From an uncultured bacterium (GTDB lineage Bacteria; Verrucomicrobiota; Kiritimatiellia; RFP12; UBA1067), in contig CADCBS010000001.1 in NCBI GenBank assembly GCA_902799715.1, forward strand, positions 1-58,538: a DNA stretch of 58,538 nt, given 5' to 3'. A program made the translations under genes and the position numbers. Positions 1 through 7,167 of the stretch are shown here, piece after piece (position 1 is the first letter of the stretch; every line of letters begins with the position of its first letter). The notes under the pieces were generated by a model. It did not search any database. It saw only the letters and a program-made list of their open reading frames with translations, and was not told the DNA's origin.

Positions 1-525
1 GCCGCCGGCCGCCACGCCGCCGCCGATGCCGGCAAGCGCCGCCGGCAGGTCCGCGGCCGCGCCGCCCGAAGGATGCGCCACGAGCGCCGCGCCGCAGAAA
101 GCCCCCAGTACGCAGGCCAGGTTCCGCGCTCCGGCCTTTTCGCCGAGGAACATCCATGCGAAGACCACGGTGAAGAAGGGGGCGAGCTTGTTCAGCATCA
201 TCGCGTCGCCGAGGGGCAGGCGCGACAGCGCGTAGAAGTTGCCGAAAATCCCGAGCGTGCCGAGCACGGACCTCAAGACCCGGACGCGCCAGGCGCGCGG
301 CGCGATCCCGCCGGCCGCCCGGCGGGCGCCGCCGGTGCGGGCGAACGCCGCGGCGGCGAGAGAGAGCGCCACGACGTTGCGGAAGAAGCTCTTCTGCACC
401 GCGCCGAGCGGTTCGCCGAAAGAGTCGGCCAGGCGCACGCACAGCCCCATGGCGGCGAAGCCGGCGGCGGAGACGAGCATGCACGCCACGCCCTTGGCGC
501 GGCGCGAAAGGCGGAATGTTCCCAC
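1..525 (-). CDS. EamA/DMT-family transporter, N-terminal part only (gene runs off the left edge)
   Basis: The minus-strand frame is open to the window edge, so it is absent from the ORF track. My translation is (M)GTFRLSRRAKGVACMLVSAAGFAAMGLCVRL...GNFYALSRLPLGDAMMLNKLAPFFTVVFAWMFLGEK, a typical EamA repeat. GTG start at 525; in-frame ATG alternative at 480. Confidence 0.7.
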   Translation of the reverse strand, partial: MGTFRLSRRAKGVACMLVSAAGFAAMGLCVRLADSFGEPLGAVQKSFFRNVVALSLAAAAFARTGGARRAAGGIAPRAWRVRVLRSVLGTLGIFGNFYALSRLPLGDAMMLNKLAPFFTVVFAWMFLGEKAGARNLACVLGAFCGAALVAHPSGGAAADLPAALAGIGGGVAAGG

Positions 526-535
526 GGGGAAGCGA

Positions 536-562
536 AAGGCCCGGCCTGCGCGGCCGGGCCTT
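536..562. other. GC-rich 11-bp stem-loop between the VOC stop and the DMT start
   Basis: AAGGCCCGGCC tgcgc GGCCGGGCCTT is a perfect inverted repeat. No U-run follows on the minus strand, so terminator function is uncertain. Confidence 0.35.
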
Positions 563-566
563 CCCG

Positions 567-965
567 TCACTGGCGGAGCATCTTCCGCTCGCGCCTGCAC
601 AGCTGGATCGGAAGCCCCCACGGGTCGCGCAGCATGGCCAGGTCCAGGCCCGGCTTGTGCGTCACCGAAAGGATCTTCGCGCCGGCCTTTTCCAGGCGGG
701 CGGCGTCGCCGTCGACGTCGTCGGACACGAGCGCCAGATGCAGCTGCATCGGATCCATCGAAGCATAGTCCGGGATGGTGCGCCCCTCCTGCGGGTTGCA
801 GTAGAGCTCGAGAGTCATCTGTCCGGACGAATCGCGCACGAAGCGGCCGCGGTCGAAAGCCTCGGGCGGCGCGGCGAACGCGATTTCGAAGCCGAGATTC
901 TCGACCATCCAGTCGGCCTGGCGGTCGGGTTCCGGCACGTTGAACGCTACATGTTCGATTTTCAT
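567..965 (-). CDS. VOC/glyoxalase-bleomycin-resistance family protein
   Basis: 132-aa ORF beginning MKIEHVAFNVPEPDRQADWMVENLGF. The betaalphabetabetabeta VOC-fold pattern appears twice. Compact spacing to its neighbours. Confidence 0.85.
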   Translation of the reverse strand: MKIEHVAFNVPEPDRQADWMVENLGFEIAFAAPPEAFDRGRFVRDSSGQMTLELYCNPQEGRTIPDYASMDPMQLHLALVSDDVDGDAARLEKAGAKILSVTHKPGLDLAMLRDPWGLPIQLCRRERKMLRQ

Positions 966-1005
966 GGCACGGCTCCGTGCGCCTTGCGGCGGCGGGTGGA
1001 GATCG

Positions 1006-1767
1006 TCATTCGGCGGCGAGGGCGTCGGCCGTCGCGTCGTCGATGTCCATGTTGTTGTAGACGTCCTGGACGTCTTCGAGGTCCTCGAGCATGTCGATGA
1101 ACTTCTGCATGGCCTTGGCCGTGGCGACGTCGGTCACGGGGGTCGTCATGTTCGGCACGAGGCCGATGGAGGAGTTTTCCTCGTCCACGGCGATGCCGGC
1201 GCCCTTTATCGCTTCGAGCACGGACGTGAAGTCGCCCTGCTGGCACTTGACGGTGAAGCCGTCGTCTTCGGCCACGACGTCTTCGGCGCCGGCTTCGAGG
1301 GCGGTCTCCATGACCTTGTCTTCGGTGAGGCCGTCGGCGGCGGGTATTATAACCTGACCCATGCGGTCGAAGAGGCGCGACGCGGAACCCTGCTTGGCGA
1401 ATTCGAGGCCGTTCTTCTTGAAGACGTTACCGACTTCGGCGGCTGCGCGGTTCTTGTTGTCGGTGAGCACGCTCACGACGAACGCCACGCCGCCCTTGAT
1501 GCCCTCGTACTGGGCTTCGACCAGCGCGTCGGACTCCAGTTCGCCCGTGCCCTTCTTGATGGCGCGCTCGATGTTGTCGTTGGGCATCTGCGCGGCCTTC
1601 GCCTTGGCGATCAGGGTGCGCAGGGTGGGGTTGGTGTTGGGATCGCCGCCCCCGGCCTTCACGACGATGGTTATCTCCTTGCCGAGCTTGGAAAAGATCT
1701 TGCCCTTCCTCGCGTCGGCCGCGCCTTTGGCGCGCTTGATTGTTGCCCAGTGGCTGTGACCGCTCAT
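1006..1767 (-). CDS. yebC: YebC/PmpR-family DNA-binding transcriptional regulator
   Basis: MSGHSHWATIKRAKGAADARKGKIFSKLGKEITIVVKAGGGDPNTNPTLR is the hallmark YebC N-terminus. ATG checked at 1767. Confidence 0.95.
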   Translation of the reverse strand: MSGHSHWATIKRAKGAADARKGKIFSKLGKEITIVVKAGGGDPNTNPTLRTLIAKAKAAQMPNDNIERAIKKGTGELESDALVEAQYEGIKGGVAFVVSVLTDNKNRAAAEVGNVFKKNGLEFAKQGSASRLFDRMGQVIIPAADGLTEDKVMETALEAGAEDVVAEDDGFTVKCQQGDFTSVLEAIKGAGIAVDEENSSIGLVPNMTTPVTDVATAKAMQKFIDMLEDLEDVQDVYNNMDIDDATADALAAE

Positions 1768-1797
1768 TCTCGCTCCGTTCCTTGCGCTTTTTCGCGC

Positions 1798-2718
1798 TTA
1801 GTTCTCGTTTTCGCCGGCCGGGCCGTCGCCGGGCGACATGTTTTCGCCCAGCAGCCCGGAAGGCTTGTTGCTTTCAAAGTCCTGCACCCATCCGTTCTCG
1901 AATCCGAAATCCGCGGCGGCTTCCGCCACGGTCGCGTATTCCTCCTCAGCCACCGTCGCGTTCCACGGCGCAATCTCCTTCGCCCTGTAGGACGGCGTAT
2001 ACTGCGACATGACGCTCACGTGCACGGACGTGGAGACGTTCGTCGCGAGCCACGCAAGATTCTCCACGGCCTCCGCGGCGTGCCCCGGAAGCACCAGAAT
2101 CCTGCATATCGTCCCGCGACGCGCCAGCCCGGAACCGTCGGTCTCCAGCGGGCCCAGACGGTTCCAGAACCGTTTGAACGCCGCCCGCGAGGCCTCCACG
2201 TAGCCGGGCGCGCAGGACGCCTCGGCGGCCGTCGCGTCGCGCGAATATCTGAGGTCGCACAGCGCGATGTCGCAAAGGTCCTGGTACGCGTCGAGCGTCT
2301 CCGCAGACTCGAAACCTGAAGTATTATACACGAAAGGGAGGCGGATGTCAGCAGAAATCAGCGGGGCCGTCGCCTCTCTTATCTGCGGCAGCCACGGACC
2401 GGGCGTCACGAGGTTCCAGTTCGAGCATCCGTCGCGCAGCGCGAGGTCGCGGAAAATCCCGCGCAGCCGCTCCACCGTCACGTCCTCGCCTTCGCCTTTC
2501 CACGACCACGGAGAGTTCTGGCAGTATATGCACCGCATCGTGCATCGCGAGAAGAACACCGCGCCGCTTCCGCGCTCGCCGACGAGCGGCGGCTCTTCCC
2601 CGAAATGCGGCCCCCAGCGGAAAACGCGCGGCAGCGCGCCGGCCCCGCAGAAGCCTCTTTCCCCGGCCAGGCGGTTCACGCCGCAGGCTCTGGGGCACAG
2701 GCGGCAGTTCTCAAGCAT
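1798..2718 (-). CDS. Radical SAM protein, PFL-activase-like (PflX-type)
   Basis: N-terminal Cys cluster CRLCPRAC, then the CTMRCIYCQN radical-SAM motif (CxxxCxxC). ATG at 2718 overlaps the pssA stop by 8 nt. Confidence 0.85.
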   Translation of the reverse strand: MLENCRLCPRACGVNRLAGERGFCGAGALPRVFRWGPHFGEEPPLVGERGSGAVFFSRCTMRCIYCQNSPWSWKGEGEDVTVERLRGIFRDLALRDGCSNWNLVTPGPWLPQIREATAPLISADIRLPFVYNTSGFESAETLDAYQDLCDIALCDLRYSRDATAAEASCAPGYVEASRAAFKRFWNRLGPLETDGSGLARRGTICRILVLPGHAAEAVENLAWLATNVSTSVHVSVMSQYTPSYRAKEIAPWNATVAEEEYATVAEAAADFGFENGWVQDFESNKPSGLLGENMSPGDGPAGENEN

Positions 2719-3595
2719 CCGGTCCGCCGTCCCCGGCCCGCGCCGGCCGCGCCTGCACGTTCTGCCGCTCCCACCTGTCGCGCGCGCGCAGGAACGCCGC
2801 GCAGGAGAACGGGACGGAAAACACGTACAGCGCGCCTATCACGCCCAGCGTGAGCCACAGGTCTATGAACAGGCAGCCTATCAGCAACAGCCCGCACGCG
2901 AGAACGGGCCGCTGCGCGCGCTTGCTCACGTGCACCGACTTCAGCGAAATCGTCGGCAGGCGCGACGCCATCAGCGTTCCGGCGAAAAGCAGCATCGCCA
3001 TGCCGGCCGCCGGGCCCGAAAGCGCCGCGTACAACTCCGGCCAGCGCGTTTCCGCGCCGAGCGACGACAGCAGCAGGTACGGAGTGAGAAGCATCCAGCA
3101 GCCGCCAGGCGCCGGCACGCCGGTGAAGAAGTGCTTCCAGTACGGCAGCGGATCCTGCTCCAGCATGGTGTTGAAGCGCGCCAGGCGGAAGCAGTCGCAC
3201 ATCGCGTAGAAGAGCGCGCACCCCAGCACCATCCGCACGGTGCGCGGGTCGCATCCGACATGCTCCGGCCCGCCGGCGACCCAGAAGTACATGAACATGG
3301 CCGGCGCCACGCCGAAGTTCACGAAGTCCGCCAGCGAATCGAGTTCCGCGCCGAGCTTGGAGCTGGCGTCCAGGAGCCTCGCCACGCGGCCGTCCACGCC
3401 GTCGCACACGCACGCCACGAGAAGCGCGACGAGCGCTTCGCCGAACCGGCCTTCGCTGGAAAGCGAAATCGAAGTCATCCCGGCGCACGCCGCGAGCGCG
3501 GTGATCATGTTCGGGACCATCGCCTTCAGCGGCAATGCGTCCGCGCGGCGTTCGCGGCGGCGTCTTCTCGCGCCGCGCAGCCTGAACCTGCCCAT
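2711..3595 (-). CDS. pssA: CDP-diacylglycerol--serine O-phosphatidyltransferase
   Basis: CDP-alcohol phosphatidyltransferase motif DGVDGRVARLLDASSKLGAELDSLAD, multiple TM segments. Track ORF 2711..3934 has a spurious Arg/Gly-rich extension. I place the start at ATG 3595 (MGRFRLRG), 23 nt after the upstream gene's stop. Confidence 0.85.
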   Translation of the reverse strand: MGRFRLRGARRRRRERRADALPLKAMVPNMITALAACAGMTSISLSSEGRFGEALVALLVACVCDGVDGRVARLLDASSKLGAELDSLADFVNFGVAPAMFMYFWVAGGPEHVGCDPRTVRMVLGCALFYAMCDCFRLARFNTMLEQDPLPYWKHFFTGVPAPGGCWMLLTPYLLLSSLGAETRWPELYAALSGPAAGMAMLLFAGTLMASRLPTISLKSVHVSKRAQRPVLACGLLLIGCLFIDLWLTLGVIGALYVFSVPFSCAAFLRARDRWERQNVQARPARAGDGGPDA

Positions 3596-3618
3596 GTCCC
3601 GGTCCTCCCCGCGCCCGG

Positions 3619-4134
3619 TCAGGCGTCCTGGCGGCCGCCGTCGGACGAAAGCAGCTCGGCCATCCTCGCCGCCGCCGCCGCCATGCTGCGCGAAAGTTCC
3701 GTCAGCTCGAGCCGCACCGGCGCCACGGAGTTCGCCGCCTGGGTCAGCTCGGCCTCGCGCTGGACCGACGCCTCCAGTTCGGCCTCGAGCTCGACGATCC
3801 TGTTCTCCGCGTCGCGCAGGAGCCGGCGCGTCTTGAAGAGCTGTTTCACCACCTCGCCCGGCTCGACGTTCACGTCGTCGATGTGCATGTCTTCCGGGAT
3901 CGGCACGGAAACGGCCTGGCCGCACCGCGCGCACTGTATCTGCAGGCCCGCGCCGCGGTAGTCTATCACAAGGTTGTGCCCGCAGTACGGGCAGTCGAAC
4001 ACGATGTCCGTGTCGCTTATCTCGCTGCCGTCGTCGGCCTCGACAGGTTCGGAGGGCCGCACTCCGGGGGTTTCGATTTCCTCGGCGAACTGCGGTTCTT
4101 CCGGACCGGGAGCGTTCTCGTTCTCTTCGTTCAT
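3619..4134 (-). CDS. Hypothetical zinc-ribbon plus coiled-coil protein
   Basis: Acidic N-terminus, CPYCGHNL...CARCG zinc-ribbon pair, and a C-terminal heptad-like helix (RIVELEAELEASVQREAELTQ). SD AAGAGGAA lies upstream of ATG 4134. Confidence 0.7.
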   Translation of the reverse strand: MNEENENAPGPEEPQFAEEIETPGVRPSEPVEADDGSEISDTDIVFDCPYCGHNLVIDYRGAGLQIQCARCGQAVSVPIPEDMHIDDVNVEPGEVVKQLFKTRRLLRDAENRIVELEAELEASVQREAELTQAANSVAPVRLELTELSRSMAAAAARMAELLSSDGGRQDA

Positions 4135-4173
4135 GTCGTTCCTCTTGCCATGGCCCCGAAGTGGGTTTCCCGC

Positions 4174-4202
4174 AGTATACCCGATTCGCGCGGCAGGGGC
4201 AA
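4174..4202 (-). promoter_or_regulatory. Candidate sigma70 promoter of the zinc-ribbon gene
   Basis: Minus strand reads TTGCCC-17 nt-TATACT, about 40 nt upstream of ATG 4134. The same TATACT -10 recurs at other promoters in this window. Confidence 0.4.
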
Positions 4203-4409
4203 GCCCGCCGGCGAGCCGCCAGCGCCTATCCGCAAAACGCGCAGGCTTTCTTCTCCACGCCTTCTTCCGTGGATGGGGCAGCCTGCCCTCATACGCATAC
4301 TGTCGCGCCGCAGGAAAATCTCACGCGGCAGGCGCAATTGCAGCATGGTGCCGGTTTGCGTCGAAGCCGGCGGGGCATGGCCGCGCTTCGCCTTCCCCGA
4401 TCTTTGAAA

Positions 4410-4993
4410 TGAGATTGCGGTGCGTATGAAATCTGATTCGCCCCGCTCGTTGGCAAGGCGGCTTGTCCCAAAGCCACTGCAAACGGCTCGCGACCCCACA
4501 AACCTTGAAGTGAGATTACGGTGCGGATGAAATCCGATTCGCCCCGCTCGTTGGCAGGGCGGCTTGTCCCAAAGCCACTGCAAACGGCCCGCAACCCCCA
4601 CAAACCTTGAAGTGAGATTACGGTGCGTATGAAATCCGATTCGCCCCGCTCGTTGGCAGGCGGCTTGTCCCAAAGCCACTGCGAACGGCCCGCCAACCCC
4701 CAAACCTTGAAGTGAGATTACGGTGCGTATGAAATCAAGGTTGAAGGTTTTGACTTCGGACTTTGGACTTCAGACTTCAGAAATCGACCTCTGACTTTTG
4801 CCTTTCGTTTTACCCAGAAATAAATAAAAACAATCAAAGATAAACAAACTGCAAGCCATTACTGAAATGAGATTACGGTGCGGATGAAATCCTATTCGCC
4901 CCGCTCGTTGGCAGTGCGGCTTGTCCCAAAGCCACTGCAAACAGCCCGCCAACCCCACAAACCTTGAAGTGAGATTACGGTGCGTATGAAATC
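4410..4993 (+). repeat. Repeat array 1: six direct copies of the 24-nt core TGAGATTACGGTGCGTATGAAATC
   Basis: Copies start at 4410, 4511, 4613, 4713, 4868 and 4970 (periods 101, 102, 100, 155, 102). Four ~77-nt near-identical type-A modules and one 131-nt AT-rich module (4737-4867) lie between them. Confidence 0.9.
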
Positions 4994-5153
4994 AAGGTCA
5001 AGGCATAATGCGGGGGGGGGGCGGGGACCGGCGATTTCTACCGATAAATCTGCGGTCGACCGGCAATATGCGGCGGAAAATCAAAAACCGACGGCTACGG
5101 CCGGCGGCCAGAACTTGCGGTCGGGGAAAGGCCGGCAGCCGAAACCGCCGGCT

Positions 5154-5432
5154 TCACGCTTGAATCGCGTCCGGAACCCGGCGCCGCGAGAAGACGAAAT
5201 ACAGTGCGAGGTCGGTGCAGACCAGCGCAGTGTCGATGAAATACACCCAGACGACCCAGTCGTACGCGAAGACGAACTTGTGGACGATGCCGCAGGCATA
5301 GCCGGCGATCACGATAATCATGAACAGCGGGCTTTTGCCGGCCGTCTGGCGGGTCTTCAGGCTTTTCCAGATCGAAAACGGCCAGGAAAAGCCGAAGCAC
5401 GCCAGCATGGCGAACTCGAAGAAATGCTCCAT
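5154..5432 (-). CDS. Small 3-TM membrane protein, PQ-loop/SemiSWEET-like
   Basis: 92 aa with three hydrophobic segments. The WPFSIWKSLKTRQTAGKS loop resembles a PQ-loop signature. ATG checked at 5432. The function is a guess. Confidence 0.6.
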   Translation of the reverse strand: MEHFFEFAMLACFGFSWPFSIWKSLKTRQTAGKSPLFMIIVIAGYACGIVHKFVFAYDWVVWVYFIDTALVCTDLALYFVFSRRRVPDAIQA

Positions 5433-5474
5433 TCGTGCGGATGCCGCCTGCGGGCGCCGTTTGGCTGCGGGACG

Positions 5475-7130
5475 CTACTTCTTTTCCTCTTGCGCCTTTT
5501 CCTGCGCTTTGTCCTGCGGCTCTACCTTAGCCTTATCCTGCGCCTTTTCTTGCGCTGCAGCCTGCGGTTTGTCCTGCGGCTTTTCCTGCGCCACGACCTT
5601 AGCCTTTTCCTGCGCCTTTTCCCTGAGCTTGCTCTTGATCACGTTGTTGCGCAAGCCCCAGCCTGCGGCGCCGAGAGCCTTGTAGAGCGAAATCAGGTTC
5701 ATCGTTATCTGTCCGCGCGATATCACGAGCGCTTCTTCGAGGGACAGCTGCGAACGCTGGGCGTCGAGGACGTTGTTGAAGTCCGCCAGTCCGTTGGAGT
5801 AGAGGTCCTGCGCTATGGAGGTGGCCTCCTTTGCGGCCTTGACGGCCTCTTCGAGCGACTGGTTGCGGTGGTACTGGCGCGTATATGCGGCGTATGCGTT
5901 GCGGGTTTCCGCCACGGCGGTGCGCACCGCGAGCTCGTACCCGTACGCGGCTTCTTTCACCTTGTGCTCGGCGATCTTCACTTTCGCGCGGATGCTGCCG
6001 CCCTGGAAGATCGGCCAGCTCACGGACGGGCCGATGGACGCGAGAAGCGAGCTGCGTTTGAAGAAGTCGGAGAACGACGCCGATTCCAGCCCGAGCGTCC
6101 CGTTGATGAAAAGCCTGGGGTAGTACATGGACTTCGCGACGCCTACGGACGCGACGGCCGACTTGAGGTTCGCCTCCGCCTGTTTTACGTCCGGGCGGTT
6201 GCGAATCCAGTCGAACGGGATTTCCGCAAGTTTCTGCGGCTCCAGCTTCCATTCGCGGTCGGGGACCGGGAGGAGTGTGTCATGGAGCGTGCCGGGCATG
6301 GCGCCGGCCAGGATCTCGAGCCCGTTCACTATAGACTCCTCGTCCGCCAGAAGGGCGGGGATCTGCGCGCGCGTCTGTTCAAGGATGTATTTCGACTGGC
6401 TTACGGCCAGCTTGTCGCCGATGCCGGAGCTGAAGCGCTTGAGCAGCAGATCGTGGGTCTCCTGCTGGAGCTTGAGGTTCGCCCGCGCGACCTTGAGGCG
6501 CTGCTGCACGGTGCGCAGGTTCACGTACTGCGCGCCGATTTCGGCGGCGAGCGACACCCACGTGTTGTCCTCGCTCCACACGGCGGCCTGGACCTGCGCC
6601 TCGGCGGACTCGACGCCGCGGCGGACGCCGCCGAAGATGTCTATTTCCCACGTGGCGTCGAATCCGGCCTGGAAATGGTCGGTATGGAGGTGTCGCCCGG
6701 CGCCGGTGGGCGTGGTCCTGCCGTATTCGGCGATTCCCGCGCCGGCGCCGCCGGAAAGCTGCGGGAAGAGGCCGGAGGCCGCCCCCAGAAGCTGCCAGCG
6801 CGCCTGCGAGAGGCGGTGCTGCGCCATCAGAAGCGAAAGGTTGTTCGTCACCGCGCGGTCGACAAGTCCGGTCAGGACGGGATCGTCGAACGCCTTCCAC
6901 CAGTCGAGCAGGGACTCGCGCGTGATGGTCTTGCGGACGTCGGCGTCGCCTTCGGCGGGCTTGAGTTCGCCGGTTTCGGTGCGGTTTGTCGTCGGCATCC
7001 CGGCGTCGGGCGCGGGCGCGGCGGGATCGGCGGATTCGGGGCGCTCCCAGTCGGGCCCCACCGACAGGCAGCCGGCGGCGGCCGCGGCGAGCGCCGCGGC
7101 GAGAAGGTATGCTTTGTTCTTCGTTTGCAT
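5475..7130 (-). CDS. RND efflux outer-membrane lipoprotein (NodT/OMF family)
   Basis: Lipobox AAAAGC near the N-terminus. Two OEP-type repeats with typical LDWWKAFDDP and LYSNGLADFNNVLDAQR motifs. Unusual K/Q/E-rich C-terminal tail. Confidence 0.9.
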   Translation of the reverse strand: MQTKNKAYLLAAALAAAAAGCLSVGPDWERPESADPAAPAPDAGMPTTNRTETGELKPAEGDADVRKTITRESLLDWWKAFDDPVLTGLVDRAVTNNLSLLMAQHRLSQARWQLLGAASGLFPQLSGGAGAGIAEYGRTTPTGAGRHLHTDHFQAGFDATWEIDIFGGVRRGVESAEAQVQAAVWSEDNTWVSLAAEIGAQYVNLRTVQQRLKVARANLKLQQETHDLLLKRFSSGIGDKLAVSQSKYILEQTRAQIPALLADEESIVNGLEILAGAMPGTLHDTLLPVPDREWKLEPQKLAEIPFDWIRNRPDVKQAEANLKSAVASVGVAKSMYYPRLFINGTLGLESASFSDFFKRSSLLASIGPSVSWPIFQGGSIRAKVKIAEHKVKEAAYGYELAVRTAVAETRNAYAAYTRQYHRNQSLEEAVKAAKEATSIAQDLYSNGLADFNNVLDAQRSQLSLEEALVISRGQITMNLISLYKALGAAGWGLRNNVIKSKLREKAQEKAKVVAQEKPQDKPQAAAQEKAQDKAKVEPQDKAQEKAQEEKK

Positions 7131-7167
7131 CTGCGTTTCCTTTTGTAAGGTGAGTTTCCGGCGTGCG

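Noticed and set aside
4420-4433. Resemblance of GGTGCGTATGA in the core to the XerC arm of dif (GGTGCGCATAA).
   Set aside because: Only one 11-nt arm matches (9 of 11). No central region plus XerD arm (TTATGTTAAAT-like) follows in any copy. A chromosome would not carry 12 dif sites.
4737-4867. The AT-rich U1 module as a replication origin (iterons plus DUE) or as a strong promoter.
   Set aside because: The core repeats are ~100 bp apart rather than in helical-phase iteron spacing, and no DnaA boxes or rep gene are present. The best hexamer pairs on either strand (for example TTGATT-19 nt-TAAAAC on the minus strand) are weak compared with the clear TTGACA/TATACT-type promoters elsewhere in the window. 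It stays open as a hypothesis only.
4289-4958. Track ORFs 4131..4703, 4289..4696 and 4770..4958 (minus), and 16669..16926, 16776..17162, 16954..17172 and 17020..17601 across the arrays.
   Set aside because: Their sequences are just translations of the repeat units (recurring GESDFIRTVISLQGLWG / NEITVRMKS peptides). The periods are not multiples of three, and there are no protein-like features.
4410-4993. Interpreting the two repeat arrays as CRISPR arrays.
   Set aside because: The conserved core is only ~24-30 nt. The spacers are 44-132 nt, of very unequal length, and several are near-identical duplicates of each other. No cas genes or leader-like asymmetry are visible in the window. I keep only the formal analogy (repeat duplicated with each inserted module).
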